Numbered from the stretch's first letter, positions 1-14,034 are shown. The stretch is DNA of 64,000 nucleotides from Rhodobacteraceae bacterium CG17_big_fil_post_rev_8_21_14_2_50_65_11 (GCA_002783145.1 PFEX01000231.1:10746-74745), one strand, 5' to 3'. Notes: generated by a model from the letters alone, not told the origin. A program made the numbers and translations.

Positions 1-274
1 CTGTTTGCCCGGTGTGCCTTCTTTGTCCAACGACCTCCAACCGAAGGTTTTCGCATCACGCGATCCGGTCTCTCAAACCGGGCCTTGGTGCAGTCCGGTT
101 GGCATCGATCCCATTCGCCCGCGCCTGACGGGGAAAGGTCCGGGTCTGGTCCGGGCCTGTCATGGCGAGGTTGAAAAGACGGCCCGTGAAGCGCGCTGGC
201 AAAGGATGAGGGCGGCGAAACGACCGCCCGCGCGGCACCGAAAAAAGGCTGCGTTCAAGAATGACGGGATCACG

Positions 275-1687
275 ATGACACACGACGACTGGGGACATAT
301 TCGCGGCGAACTGCTGAAATCGGTGGGGAAAAACAACTTTTCGGCATGGATCGAACCAATCCGCTTCGGGTCGGTCGCTGATCGCACTGCGCATCTGACC
401 GTTCCGACAAATTTCATCGGTAGATGGGTGTCGCAGCATTTCGGGGATGTGATCCTGCGTCACCTGATTTCAGCGGGGGCCGAAGTGGACCGCGTGAACT
501 TCGCCGTTGCCGCGCAGAACGGGACCGAACCGGTTGAGGCCAACAGCACCGCGGTCGCGCCCCCTGAAAGCGCGGCCAGAACCGCACCGGGCGCCGCGAT
601 CAGCACCCCCGCCGCACCACTCCATAACCCCCGAAGCCGGCACAGCTTGCCGGAATCCGCGCTGAACCCGAATTTGACTTTCTCGAATTTCGTGGTTGGA
701 AAGCCCAACGAACTGGCCCATGCCGCCGCGCGCCGCGTCGCCGAAGGCGGCACCGTTTCGTTCAACCCGCTCTTCCTTTACGGCGGCGTCGGGCTTGGCA
801 AGACACACCTGATGCATGCCATCGCGTGGGGATTACGCAGCAACAAGCCGGAGCTGAAGGTCGCCTACCTGTCGGCCGAACAGTTCATGTATCGCTTCAT
901 CCGGGCGCTGCGCGACCAGGACACGCTGTCCTTCAAGGAAGTGTTCCGGTCGATCGACGTGCTGATGGTCGATGACGTGCAGTTCATCGCCGGAAAGAAC
1001 TCCACGCAGGAGGAATTCTTTCACACCTTCAACGCACTGGTCGAACTGGGCAAGCAGATCATCATCTCCGGCGACCGGGCTCCGGTGGACATGGAGGAAC
1101 TGGACAGCCGCATCGCCTCTCGCCTGCAATGCGGGCTGGTGGTGGATCTGCACCCGACGGATTACGAACTGCGCCTCGGTATCCTGCAACACAAGGTAGA
1201 GGCGCAGCGCGACCGCACCCCGGACCTGACAATCGCGCCGGGTGTGCTGGAATTCATCGCACACCGGGTCTCGACCAATGTGCGGGTGCTGGAAGGCGCT
1301 CTGACGCGGCTGTTTGCGTTTGCCGACCTGATCGGCTGCGAAATCACCATGGACATGACGCAGGAATGCCTGTCGGACATCCTGCGCGCCACCGACCGCA
1401 AGGTCACCATGGACGAGATCATCAAGAAGATTTGCGAACATTACCACCTGCGCCAATCCGACCTGATGAGCCCGAGCCGCGCCCGCAACATCGCCCGGCC
1501 CCGGCAGATGGCGATGTATTTATGCAAGAAACTGACCAGCCGCAGCCTGCCCGAGATCGGGCGCAAGTTCGGAGGGCGTGATCACACCACGATCCTTCAC
1601 GGGGTGCGCAAGATCGAGGAGCTGATCTCGATCGACAACCAGATCGCGGAGGATGCGGAACTGCTGCGCCGGATGCTGGAAGCCTGA
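275..1687 (+). CDS. dnaA: Chromosomal replication initiator DnaA
   Basis: NPLFLYGGVGLGKTHL Walker A, DDVQF, C-terminal GGRDHTT. Start re-picked at ATG 275 (MTHDDW); the track's upstream extension looks spurious. Confidence 0.98.
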   Translation: MTHDDWGHIRGELLKSVGKNNFSAWIEPIRFGSVADRTAHLTVPTNFIGRWVSQHFGDVILRHLISAGAEVDRVNFAVAAQNGTEPVEANSTAVAPPESAARTAPGAAISTPAAPLHNPRSRHSLPESALNPNLTFSNFVVGKPNELAHAAARRVAEGGTVSFNPLFLYGGVGLGKTHLMHAIAWGLRSNKPELKVAYLSAEQFMYRFIRALRDQDTLSFKEVFRSIDVLMVDDVQFIAGKNSTQEEFFHTFNALVELGKQIIISGDRAPVDMEELDSRIASRLQCGLVVDLHPTDYELRLGILQHKVEAQRDRTPDLTIAPGVLEFIAHRVSTNVRVLEGALTRLFAFADLIGCEITMDMTQECLSDILRATDRKVTMDEIIKKICEHYHLRQSDLMSPSRARNIARPRQMAMYLCKKLTSRSLPEIGRKFGGRDHTTILHGVRKIEELISIDNQIAEDAELLRRMLEA

Positions 1688-1688
1688 C

Positions 1689-1745
1689 CTTTTCATCTTG
1701 GTAAAAATACCTCGGAGGGGGGTGCGGGGGGAGGATCCCCCCGCC
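1689..1745 (+). repeat. REP-like intergenic element, diverged copy 1
   Basis: CTTTTCATCTTGGTAAAAATACCTCGG resembles the copies at 3073 and 14001. It is followed by the hairpin GCGGGGGG-AGGAT-CCCCCCGC. Confidence 0.6.
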
Positions 1746-1925
1746 GGATCGACGCGCGCAAGCGCGGCGAAACCCCGCCGCGGTGCCGCAGCATGTTCTA
1801 TTTCACGGATTTTCGCATCCGCCCCATTGACGCCGCCCGCCCTTTGACGACACTCCAAGAAAACGCTTGTGCCCGTGGGCGGAGAGGCTAGGCTCGCCGC
1901 CCCGCCAACCTTCGGAGCCAGGGAC

Positions 1926-3044
1926 ATGAAGATCAGTATCGAACGCGCGGCGCTGCTCAAGGCAGTCTCGCAGGCCCAATCTGTGGTGGAGCGCCGCAAC
2001 ACGATCCCGATCCTTGCCAACGTGCTGATCGAGGCCGAGGGCGACAGCGCCAGTTTCCGCGCCACCGATCTCGATATCGAGGTGGTGGACAAGGCACCGG
2101 CGCAGGTCGAACGCCCCGGCGCGACCACGGTGGCCGCCGTGGTCCTGCATGAAATCGTGCGTAAACTTCCTGACGGGGCGCTGGTGCAGCTGAGCGATGA
2201 CGGCGCCTCGGGCCGGTTGGAGGTGAAGGCGGGGCGGTCGTCCTTCCAGTTGGCGACGCTGCCGCGCGAGGATTTCCCGGTGATGACCACGACCGAATAC
2301 AGCGCCAATTTCTCGGCCAGGGCGCCGGCGCTGCGGCGCCTGTTCGACAAGTCCAAGTTCGCCATATCGACAGAGGAAACCCGTTATTACCTCAACGGCG
2401 TCTACATGCATGTGGCGCAGGGCGAGGACGGGCCGGTGCTGCGCTGCGTCGCAACGGATGGCCACCGGCTGGCCCGCGTGGACATGGCCCTGCCGGCCGG
2501 GGCGGAGAACATGCCCGGCGTGATCGTGCCGCGCAAGACGGTGGGCGAGTTGCGCAAGCTTCTGGAAGACGACGAGATGGCGATCGCGGTCTCGGTGTCC
2601 GAAACCAAGGTACGCTTTGCGACGCCCGATATCACCCTGACCTCGAAGGTGATCGACGGCACCTTCCCCGATTACACGCGGGTCATCCCGATGGGCAACA
2701 CCCGCCGGATGGAGGTGGATGCAAGCGAATTTGCCCGCGCGGTGGACCGGGTGGCGACGGTGTCATCCGAACGCTCGCGCGCGGTGAAGCTGTCTCTGGA
2801 CGAAGACCGGCTGGTCCTGTCGGTCAACGCGCCCGACAGCGGTGCGGCCGAGGAGGAACTGGCCGTGGCCTATGGCGACGAGAAGCTGGAGATCGGCTTC
2901 AACGCCAAATACCTGCTGGAAATCGCCAGCCAGGTGGACCGTGAGAACGCGGTGTTCCTGTTCAACTCCTCCGGCGACCCAACCCTGATGCGCGAAGGCA
3001 ACGATACAAGCGCCGTCTACGTGGTGATGCCGATGCGGGTGTGA
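1926..3044 (+). CDS. dnaN: DNA polymerase III beta clamp
   Basis: MKISIER...ATDLD, ETRYYLNG, ATDGHRL, ends VVMPMRV; lies directly after dnaA. Confidence 0.98.
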   Translation: MKISIERAALLKAVSQAQSVVERRNTIPILANVLIEAEGDSASFRATDLDIEVVDKAPAQVERPGATTVAAVVLHEIVRKLPDGALVQLSDDGASGRLEVKAGRSSFQLATLPREDFPVMTTTEYSANFSARAPALRRLFDKSKFAISTEETRYYLNGVYMHVAQGEDGPVLRCVATDGHRLARVDMALPAGAENMPGVIVPRKTVGELRKLLEDDEMAIAVSVSETKVRFATPDITLTSKVIDGTFPDYTRVIPMGNTRRMEVDASEFARAVDRVATVSSERSRAVKLSLDEDRLVLSVNAPDSGAAEEELAVAYGDEKLEIGFNAKYLLEIASQVDRENAVFLFNSSGDPTLMREGNDTSAVYVVMPMRV

Positions 3045-3050
3045 CGAGAC

Positions 3051-3106
3051 CGATTTTTCGACGAAAAATCGCGCCTCCGTCGGGAGTATTTGAGCCAAGA
3101 AGAAGG
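3051..3106 (-). repeat. REP-like intergenic element copy 2 with adjacent perfect palindrome
   Basis: Palindrome CGATTTTTCG-A-CGAAAAATCG at 3051-3071. The reverse complement of 3073-3106 matches 14001-14034 at 30 of 34 positions. Confidence 0.75.
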
Positions 3107-3114
3107 GAAGGGGC

Positions 3115-4233
3115 ATGGCGGGCACCCATGTGCGGGCGCTGACCCTCTTGCATTTCCGATCGCACAGGCGGGCGGACTTGGCGATGGACGGGCGGCCCGT
3201 GGCGCTGTTTGGTCCCAATGGTGCGGGCAAGACGAATCTGCTGGAGGCGGTGTCGCTGCTGTCACCGGGTCGCGGGTTGCGCCGGGCGTCGGTCGAGGAA
3301 ATCGCGCGCCGACCCGAAGCGCTCGGCTGGAAGGTCCGGGCCGAGGTGGCCGAAGGCAACCGGTATCACGAGATCGAGATGGGCGCCGAGGCGGGGCAAT
3401 CGCGGAACCTGCGGATTGACGGCAAGCCGGCGCCACAGCTTGCGCTGGCGGGGCTGGCGCGGATCGTCTGGCTGGTGCCGTCGCAGGATCGGCTCTGGAT
3501 AGAGGCTGCGGAGGGCCGGCGACGGTTTCTGGACCGGATCACCATGAGCTTTTTCCCCGACCATGGCGAGGCGGTGTTGACCCACGAGAAAGCGATGCGC
3601 GAACGCAACCGGATGCTCAAGGACATGGTGCGTGACGCAATGTGGTACGAGGCGGTGGAGGCGCAGATGGCCGAGGCGGCGGCGCGGATCGTGGCGCATC
3701 GGGCGCACGCGGTGGCGCGGTTGACAAAGGCGCAGGAGGGTGCGGAGACGGCTTTTCCGGTGGCCGCACTTTCGCTGATCGAGGGCGAGGAAAGCGCGGG
3801 GCTGGTGACGGCGGATGACTTCGCGGCGGCGCAGTTGCAGTCCCGCCCCCGCGACATGACCGCCGGACGCAGCCTGATCGGTCCGCATCGCAGCGATCTT
3901 GGCGCGATTTACGCGGCCAAGGACGTCGAGGCGCGGCTGTGTTCGACCGGGGAGCAGAAGGCGCTGCTGATCTCGCTGATCCTTGCCAATGCCCGGGCGC
4001 TGAAGGCGGAGACCGGGGTTGCGCCGCTGGTGCTGCTCGACGAGGTCGCCGCGCATCTCGACGCAGGGCGGCGGGCGGCGCTGTTCGACGAGATCTGCGC
4101 GCTTGGCGGGCAGGCCTGGATGACCGGCACCGGGCCGGAGCTGTTCAGCGATCTGGGCCGCCGGGCGCAGAAATTCGAGATTATGGAAACGGACGGGCAG
4201 TCCACCGTCCGGGAATGGGAGACTCCAGCATGA
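3115..4233 (+). CDS. recF: DNA replication/repair protein RecF
   Basis: GPNGAGKTNLLEA, RRRFLDR, GPHRSD, STGEQK, LLLDEVAAHLD-type motif. Confidence 0.97.
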   Translation: MAGTHVRALTLLHFRSHRRADLAMDGRPVALFGPNGAGKTNLLEAVSLLSPGRGLRRASVEEIARRPEALGWKVRAEVAEGNRYHEIEMGAEAGQSRNLRIDGKPAPQLALAGLARIVWLVPSQDRLWIEAAEGRRRFLDRITMSFFPDHGEAVLTHEKAMRERNRMLKDMVRDAMWYEAVEAQMAEAAARIVAHRAHAVARLTKAQEGAETAFPVAALSLIEGEESAGLVTADDFAAAQLQSRPRDMTAGRSLIGPHRSDLGAIYAAKDVEARLCSTGEQKALLISLILANARALKAETGVAPLVLLDEVAAHLDAGRRAALFDEICALGGQAWMTGTGPELFSDLGRRAQKFEIMETDGQSTVREWETPA

Positions 4234-4664
4234 CACCGCAGCGCATTACGCTGATCACCCTTGGCGTCGCAGATATGGCGCGCGCAAGGGCTTTCTACGA
4301 GGCCTTGGGCTGGGAGCGGCACCCGGAAAGCCAGGAGGCGGTGACGTTCTACCAGGCCAACGGTTTTGCTTTCGGGCTGTTTGGGTTGGAGGATCTGGCG
4401 AAGGATCAGGGACGGCCCGGTGCGGCGCTTGGAACAGGGGCAGCAACGCTGGCGCAGAATTTCGCGACGGAGGCAGAGGTGGATGGCGCCTATGCCGCCG
4501 CCCTTGCAGCCGGGGCGACGGCGCTTAAAGCGCCCGAAAAGGTGTTCTGGGGCGGTTATTCGGGCTACTTTACTGACCCCGACGGCCATGTCTGGGAACT
4601 GGCGATGAACCCATTCTGGGCGTTGAACGATGACGGCAGCCTGACATTGCCCGCTGCGGGTTGA
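4230..4664 (+). CDS. VOC/glyoxalase family protein
   Basis: ITLITLGVADMARARAFYEALGW...FWGGYSGYFTDPDGHVWE; ATGA overlap with the recF stop. Confidence 0.9.
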   Translation: MTPQRITLITLGVADMARARAFYEALGWERHPESQEAVTFYQANGFAFGLFGLEDLAKDQGRPGAALGTGAATLAQNFATEAEVDGAYAAALAAGATALKAPEKVFWGGYSGYFTDPDGHVWELAMNPFWALNDDGSLTLPAAG

Positions 4665-4682
4665 GAGGGGCGCAGGACGCTG

Positions 4683-7833
<3,151 letters not shown>

Positions 7834-7839
7834 GGCGCT

Positions 7840-9510
7840 CTACCGCACCGCCTTGACGGTGTGTCGCCAGTCAGGGTGCACCCAAGGCGTCCGGTCGGAC
7901 CGTGGCAGCGGGGTGCGCCCAAGAATGTGGTCGGCGGCCTTTTCGCCGGTCATGATCGACGGCGCGTTCAGGTTGCCGTTGGTGATGCGCGGGAAGATCG
8001 AGCTGTCGGCGACGCGCAACCCGTCAACCCCGATCACGCGGCATTCCGGATCGACCACCGCCGTCGGGTCATCCGCCGCGCCCATCTTGCAGGTGCCGCA
8101 GGGGTGATAGGCGCTTTCGGCATGGTCGCGGATGAAGGCGTCCAACGCCTCATCGCTTTGCACGTCCGCGCCCGGCTGGATTTCCGCGCCGCGATAGGGG
8201 TCGAAGGCGGCCTGTGCGAAAATCTCCCGCGTCACGCGGATGCAGTGGCGAAACTCCTCCCAGTCGTCGGGATGCGACATGTAGTTGAAAACGATGCGCG
8301 GCGCCTCCTCCGGATCGGCGGAGGTCAGCGTCACCTGCCCCCGCGACTTTGACCGCATCGGGCCGACATGCGCCTGGTAGCCGTGCCCCTCCGCCGCCGC
8401 CGTACCGTCGTAACGCACCGCCATGGGAAGGAAATGGAACTGGATGTCGGGATACTCCACACCGGGGCGGGACCGCAGAAAACCTGCGCTTTCGAACTGG
8501 TTCGAGGCCCCAAGCCCGGTGCGCGTCGTCATCCATTGGGTGCCGATCGCGCCCTTGTAGATCAGATTCCAGTATTTGAAGAGCGTGATGGGCTGGATGC
8601 AGGCTTGCTGAATGTAAAGCTCCAGGTGGTCTTGCAAGTTCTGACCCACACCGGGGCGGTCGACAATCGGATTGATGCCATGGTCGGCCAGATGCGCGGC
8701 GGGGCCAATGCCCGACAGCATGAGTATCTTGGGCGAGTTGATGGCGGAGGCCGCGACAATCACCGCGCGGTTCGCGCCGATCACCTCGATCCGGCCGCCA
8801 CGGTCGACCTCGACGCCGGTGGCGCGCCCGTCCTCGATGATCACACGGCGCGCGAAACAGCGCACGAGGTCGCAATTCGAACGCCCGAGCGCCGGGCGCA
8901 AATAGGCGTTCGCCGCTGACCAGCGGGTGCCCTGCCAGACCGTCATCTCCATCGGGCCGAAGCCTTCCTGCTTTTCGCCGTTATAGTCGTCGGTCGTCTC
9001 ATAGCCCGCCTGCGCCCCGGCATCGACGAAGGCCTGAAACAGCGGGTTGGTGCGCGGCCCGCGCGTCACGTGCAGGGGGCCACTCACGCCCCGCCACGAG
9101 GGATCGCCGCCATGGCCGCACTCATGCCAGCATTCCATCCGCTGGTAGTAGGGCAGCACATCGGCATAGCCCCACCCGGCAGCGCCGCTGTCCTGCCAAT
9201 GATCGAAATCGCGCGCGTGGCCGCGCACATAGACCATACCGTTGATCGACGACGACCCGCCGATCACCTTGCCACGCGGGCAGGCAAGGCGACGACCGCC
9301 AAGATGCGGCTCGACCTCGGACCGGAACCCCCAGTCGTAAAGCGGCATGTTCATCGGGTAGCTCAATGCGGCGGGCATCTGGATGAAGGGCCCTGCATCG
9401 GAGCCCCCGAACTCCAACACCAGCACACTGTGCTTGCCATCCTCGGACAAGCGATAGGCCATGGCCGATCCGGCGGACCCCGATCCGATGATCACGAAAT
9501 CAGCCTGCAT
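7840..9510 (-). CDS. betA: Choline dehydrogenase (GMC oxidoreductase)
   Basis: GSGSAG FAD motif, [41 protein letters not shown]. Confidence 0.92.
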   Translation of the reverse strand: MQADFVIIGSGSAGSAMAYRLSEDGKHSVLVLEFGGSDAGPFIQMPAALSYPMNMPLYDWGFRSEVEPHLGGRRLACPRGKVIGGSSSINGMVYVRGHARDFDHWQDSGAAGWGYADVLPYYQRMECWHECGHGGDPSWRGVSGPLHVTRGPRTNPLFQAFVDAGAQAGYETTDDYNGEKQEGFGPMEMTVWQGTRWSAANAYLRPALGRSNCDLVRCFARRVIIEDGRATGVEVDRGGRIEVIGANRAVIVAASAINSPKILMLSGIGPAAHLADHGINPIVDRPGVGQNLQDHLELYIQQACIQPITLFKYWNLIYKGAIGTQWMTTRTGLGASNQFESAGFLRSRPGVEYPDIQFHFLPMAVRYDGTAAAEGHGYQAHVGPMRSKSRGQVTLTSADPEEAPRIVFNYMSHPDDWEEFRHCIRVTREIFAQAAFDPYRGAEIQPGADVQSDEALDAFIRDHAESAYHPCGTCKMGAADDPTAVVDPECRVIGVDGLRVADSSIFPRITNGNLNAPSIMTGEKAADHILGRTPLPRSDRTPWVHPDWRHTVKAVR

Positions 9511-9712
9511 ATCGTTGCGCCCTTTCCTTCAGTGAACGTGTCCGCCGACGCACCCGATACCGCCCGCGCCAGACGGCGACGCGGGCGTTCCTGCACCCAG
9601 GGCGAGGATACGGACAAGCGTCCGAGAAAACACTGCTTTTTTGCCATCCGGAAGGGCGCGGCGCGAGCGCAACGCTTGTGCCTGTCGTCACGTCTGGCCT
9701 AACTTCCGGCGC

Positions 9713-11458
9713 ATGATGTTTCGCCGCGACTCTCTTCATTCGAACTGGATGGCCATTCTGGCATGGCTGGCCGCCGCTTTGTGCCTGCTCCCCATCGGGG
9801 CGGTGACACTTGCCGCATTGTCTGGCGGAACAGAGACGATCGGCAGCCTCGCCACGACCGTGCTGCCCCTCTATACGATCACGACGTTGAAACTGGTGAT
9901 CATCGTCGCCATCGGCACCGGGGTGATCGGCACCGGTGCGGCGTGGCTGGTGACGATGACCCACTTTCCCGGTCGCCGCATTCTGGAAATCGCACTGGCC
10001 TTGCCGCTCGCCTTTCCGGCCTATGTGCTGGCCTATGCCTATACCGATTTTCTCAGTCATCCGGGTTGGGTGCAGACGACGCTGCGCGACCTGACCGGCT
10101 GGGGTCCGCGCGACTACTGGTTCCCGGAAATCCGATCGCTGTCCGGCGCGGCGGCGATGCTGACGCTGGTGCTTTATCCTTACGTCTACCTGCTGACGCG
10201 GGCCGCTTTCCTGCAACAATCGGCCACCGCCTTCCTTGCCGCACGCGCGCTTGGCCAAGGCGCGTGGCGCACGTTTTTTCGCATCAGCCTGCCGATGGCG
10301 CGCCCGGCCGTTGCGGGCGGTGTTCTTCTGACGGTGATGGAGACCATAGCCGATTACGGAACCGTGGCGCATTTCGGGGTGCAAACCTTTTCAACCGGCA
10401 TCATCCGCAGCTGGATCAGCTTTACAGACCGCACCGGCGCGGCGCAGCTGGCACTGGTGCTGCTGGTCTTCGCGCTGGTGCTGGCGTGGCTGGAGCGCAA
10501 GCAGCGGGGTGAGGCACGCCATCACGGGGCCGGGCGGCGGCACGAGGTCATGGCGCCCATGCCGTTGTCGCGCCTTGCATCGCTCGGCGCGATCCTGTTC
10601 TGCGGTATCCCGGTGCTTCTGGGCTTTCTGTTGCCAGTCGGGTTGCTGCTTTGGATGGGGTGGGATCATTTCTACCGGTTGGTGCCGGAATGGATACTGT
10701 CGCGCTTCGTCGAAACCGAGGGGCTGCTGCTGGTCGGCGGCTACCTCGATTTCCTGCGCAATTCGGCGCTCTTGGCGGCGGCAGGTGCAGCGCTGACCGT
10801 GATCGCGGCGGTTGCGCTCAGTTCCAACGCGCGGCTTTACCCGACGCCACGCGCGCAGACCGCGTTGCTGATTGCCGGGATCGGCTACGCGGTGCCCGGC
10901 GCGGTCATTGCCCTTGGCCTGCTGGTGCCCTTCGCCGCCTTCGACAACGCGCTTGATTCTTTCATGGAGGCCCGCTTCGGCATCGACACCGGGCTGCTGA
11001 TCACCGGGTCGATCTGGCTTATGGTGCTGGCGTATGTGGTGCGCTTCATGGCGGCCGCGCTTGGCGCCTATGGCAGCGGACTGGCGCAGGTGAATCCCAA
11101 TATCGACGCGGTCGCGCGCACCCTGGGCCGGTCGCCGCAGCGCACGCTGCTGGGCCTTCATTTGCCGATGCTGAAACCGTCGGTCTTCACCGCCCTTCTG
11201 ATCGTGTTCGTCGACGTGATGAAGGAACTGCCCGCAACGTTGGTGATGCGCCCCTTCAACTGGGACACACTGGCGGTTCAGGCGCACCGGCTGGCCTCGG
11301 ACGAACGCCTGCATGAGGCGGCGGTGCCAAGTCTGGTCATCGCGGCGGTCGGCCTCTTGCCGGTCATCGTGCTGTGCCGCGGACTCGGACAACACCGACA
11401 AATGCCCGCCTCGGACATGCCGGACCCGGTAAAGGGCAGCGTCGGGGCGTCAGGCTGA
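9713..11458 (+). CDS. Fe3+ ABC transporter permease (FbpB/FutB type)
   Basis: Two permease halves: LALPLAFPAYVLAY, LYPYVY, and MKELPATLVMRPFNWDTLA. Start uncertain. Confidence 0.9.
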   Translation: MMFRRDSLHSNWMAILAWLAAALCLLPIGAVTLAALSGGTETIGSLATTVLPLYTITTLKLVIIVAIGTGVIGTGAAWLVTMTHFPGRRILEIALALPLAFPAYVLAYAYTDFLSHPGWVQTTLRDLTGWGPRDYWFPEIRSLSGAAAMLTLVLYPYVYLLTRAAFLQQSATAFLAARALGQGAWRTFFRISLPMARPAVAGGVLLTVMETIADYGTVAHFGVQTFSTGIIRSWISFTDRTGAAQLALVLLVFALVLAWLERKQRGEARHHGAGRRHEVMAPMPLSRLASLGAILFCGIPVLLGFLLPVGLLLWMGWDHFYRLVPEWILSRFVETEGLLLVGGYLDFLRNSALLAAAGAALTVIAAVALSSNARLYPTPRAQTALLIAGIGYAVPGAVIALGLLVPFAAFDNALDSFMEARFGIDTGLLITGSIWLMVLAYVVRFMAAALGAYGSGLAQVNPNIDAVARTLGRSPQRTLLGLHLPMLKPSVFTALLIVFVDVMKELPATLVMRPFNWDTLAVQAHRLASDERLHEAAVPSLVIAAVGLLPVIVLCRGLGQHRQMPASDMPDPVKGSVGASG

Positions 11459-11518
11459 ACGAAAAACAGGCACCACGCGGGCGCCCGTCCTTCGGTTTGC
11501 AACAAATGGCCTTCGGGA

Positions 11519-12547
11519 CTATTCCCAGCCCGCCTCGTTGAAGATCCGCTGTGCCGCAGCCTGGTTTTCACCGAGGATCGACAGGTTGGTCATGTCACGC
11601 GTGAACCCGCCTTCGGGGATCATCTCGCTCAGAGCGTCCGAGAGATCAAGCCCCTCGACAACCGGAAACTCGTTGTTCTGCGACGAGAAATAGGCCTGCG
11701 CCGCATCCCCGGACAGGTATTCAAGGAAGGCAAGCGCCGCGTCACGGTTCGGCGAATGCGCGGTGATGCCGGCGGCCGATACGTTGACATGGGTGCCGGT
11801 CGTTTCCTGGTTCGGGAACACGATGCCGATCATGTCGGTCGATCCGGTCAACCCATCGACATCAGACGACAAGGCGCGGGCGAAGTAATAGGTGTTGCCG
11901 ATCGAGATTTCGCACTCGCCCGACACGATGCCGCGCAGCTGGTCGGTGTCGCCGCCTTGCGGATCGCGGGCAAAGTTCTCGACCACGCCGGTGGCCCAGT
12001 CGAGCGCCGCCTCTTCACCGTGGTGATGGATGATCGAGCCGAGCAGCGACAAGTTGTATATGTTCGAGGAGGACCGGATGCAGACCATGCCCTCATACGC
12101 ATCATTGGCGAGGTCAAGGTAGGTCTGCGGCGGATTTTCGACATCGTTCCGGTCATAGTAGATGACGCGTGCGCGCAGCGAAAATGCATACCACATATCT
12201 TCGGGGTGGCGCATTTCGACGGGAATGCGGGCATCCAGCACGTCGCTGTGCGCCGATTGCAGCAGGCCGGCATCCAGCGCCCGGTAGATCCGCCCGGCAT
12301 CGACGGTCATGAAGATATCAGCCGGGCTGTTACTACCCTCGGCCTGGAGCCGCGCCATCAGTTCGTCGGCATTGCCCTCGATCCGGTTGACGGTGATCCC
12401 GGTTTCTTCGGTGAAACCTTGGTAAAGCCGTTCATCGGTGTCGTAGTGACGCGAGGTGTAGATATTCACTTCCTGCGCGGCGGCCATGCCAGCGGCCCCA
12501 GCCAGAACGCTGGTGGCAAGAACAGCGGAAACTGTGCGGATCATCAT
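11519..12547 (-). CDS. Fe3+ ABC transporter substrate-binding protein (FutA/FbpA type)
   Basis: Signal peptide, YTSRHY, SPAD, SSNIYN, GGDTDQ, NTYY tyrosine iron ligands. Confidence 0.92.
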   Translation of the reverse strand: MMIRTVSAVLATSVLAGAAGMAAAQEVNIYTSRHYDTDERLYQGFTEETGITVNRIEGNADELMARLQAEGSNSPADIFMTVDAGRIYRALDAGLLQSAHSDVLDARIPVEMRHPEDMWYAFSLRARVIYYDRNDVENPPQTYLDLANDAYEGMVCIRSSSNIYNLSLLGSIIHHHGEEAALDWATGVVENFARDPQGGDTDQLRGIVSGECEISIGNTYYFARALSSDVDGLTGSTDMIGIVFPNQETTGTHVNVSAAGITAHSPNRDAALAFLEYLSGDAAQAYFSSQNNEFPVVEGLDLSDALSEMIPEGGFTRDMTNLSILGENQAAAQRIFNEAGWE

Positions 12548-12566
12548 GTCATCCTTTTCCAGATAA

Positions 12567-12583
12567 CCAAGCGAAACACTCGG
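12567..12583. promoter_or_regulatory. Candidate iron-responsive operator
   Basis: Imperfect dyad CCAAG-N7-CTCGG with AT flanks, about 20 bp upstream of the iron-binding protein start. Confidence 0.35.
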
Positions 12584-12714
12584 ATTAGAAAGGTGGATAC
12601 CATCGTCGGTTCTCGAGTCAAGCAGTCCAGATGAAGTTACTCATGAAATATTCAAGCTTGTGCGCATGTTGAGTTTCGGTGCACCTTGGCCACGCTTTCG
12701 AGAGGGAGGAAAGC

Positions 12715-13893
12715 GTGACCCCCGGAATGATCTTCCTGGTGGTGGCCTATGTGCTCAGCCAGTTTTACCGTGCGTTTCTTGCGGTTCTGTCACCGGTGCT
12801 TGCAACCGACATCGGCGCCGGTGCCGACGATCTGGCGATGGCCTCGGGGCTTTGGTTCGCCGTCTTCGCAACGATGCAGATCCCGGTGGGATGGGCGCTC
12901 GACCGGATCGGGCCAAGGCTGACCTCGTCGGTTCTACTGGCGCTTGGCGGCGCCGGCGGCGCGGCGGTGATGGCGTTTGCACAGGGGCCGGGATGGGTCA
13001 ACGTGGCCATGGTGCTGATCGGGATCGGCTGTTCACCGGTGCTGATGGCGAGCTACTACATCCTTGCCCGCGACTATCCCGCCCCTGTTTTCGCCACTTT
13101 CGCGGGCGTGATCCTCGGCACCGGAACGCTTGGCAATATCGGTGCCGCGTTGCCGCTGGCCTGGGCGGTGGAAAGCGTCGGCTGGCGCGGCACGATGTGG
13201 GGACTGACAGGCGCGACCCTGCTGGTCGCACTGCTGCTGGCGCTTACTGTCCGCGACCCGGCGCCGCATGACGGGGATCAGAAGGGATCGGTCCTCGATA
13301 TCCTGAAGATCCCCGCGCTCTGGCCCATCTTCGTGATCATGTTCGTCAATTACGCCCCGGCTGCCGGGATCCGGGGTCTCTGGATCGCGCCCTATCTCGA
13401 GGATGTCTTCAATGCCGACACGTTGCGGATCGGCACCGCATCGCTGGTGATGGGCCTGGCGATGATCGCGGGCAATCTGGCCTATGGCCCGCTCGACCGC
13501 GTTTTTCGAACCCGAAAATGGGTGGTCCTGACCGGCAACATCCTGTCCGGGCTGGCCTGTCTGTCGCTGTGGGCGCTGCCCGCAGGGTCCGAAGGTTTGG
13601 CGACTCTGCAAATTGCGGCGGTTGGCCTGTTCGGCGCCAGCTTCCCGGTCATCATCGCCCATGGACGCAGTTTCTTTCCGCCGCATCTGGTCGGGCGTGG
13701 CGTCACGATGCTGAATCTCTTCGGGATCGGTGGCGTCGGCATCGTGCAATTTGCCAGCGGGCCGGTCTACCTGCACCTGTCCGCATCCGCACCCGATCCC
13801 GCCACGGCCTACGGGCAGCTTTTCGCCCTGTTCGGAATGCTGATCCTTGCGGGCTGCGTGGTCTACCTGTTCAGCAAGGACCGCACGGGATAG
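12715..13893 (+). CDS. MFS transporter
   Basis: About 12 hydrophobic segments and motif A-like GWALDRIGPR. GTG start after a GAGGA RBS. Confidence 0.88.
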   Translation: MTPGMIFLVVAYVLSQFYRAFLAVLSPVLATDIGAGADDLAMASGLWFAVFATMQIPVGWALDRIGPRLTSSVLLALGGAGGAAVMAFAQGPGWVNVAMVLIGIGCSPVLMASYYILARDYPAPVFATFAGVILGTGTLGNIGAALPLAWAVESVGWRGTMWGLTGATLLVALLLALTVRDPAPHDGDQKGSVLDILKIPALWPIFVIMFVNYAPAAGIRGLWIAPYLEDVFNADTLRIGTASLVMGLAMIAGNLAYGPLDRVFRTRKWVVLTGNILSGLACLSLWALPAGSEGLATLQIAAVGLFGASFPVIIAHGRSFFPPHLVGRGVTMLNLFGIGGVGIVQFASGPVYLHLSASAPDPATAYGQLFALFGMLILAGCVVYLFSKDRTG

Positions 13894-14000
13894 CCCGCCC
13901 GACAGGCCGACGCCGCCGGCTGTGCGGCCCGGTTTTCGGGTTGCCCTGGAAACGAACAGCCCACGAGGAAACGAATTGGCAGTCGCACGGCCGCAAACGG

Positions 14001-14034
14001 CCTTCTTCTTTGCCAAAATACTCCCGCCGGAGGC
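14001..14034 (+). repeat. REP-like intergenic element copy 3
   Basis: CCTTCTTCTTTGCCAAAATACTCCCGCCGGAGGC between convergent genes; near-identical to the inverted copy at 3073-3106. Confidence 0.75.

Noticed and set aside
1-1925. oriC next to dnaA
   Set aside because: I saw no clustered TTATCCACA-type DnaA boxes or AT-rich unwinding element on either side of dnaA.
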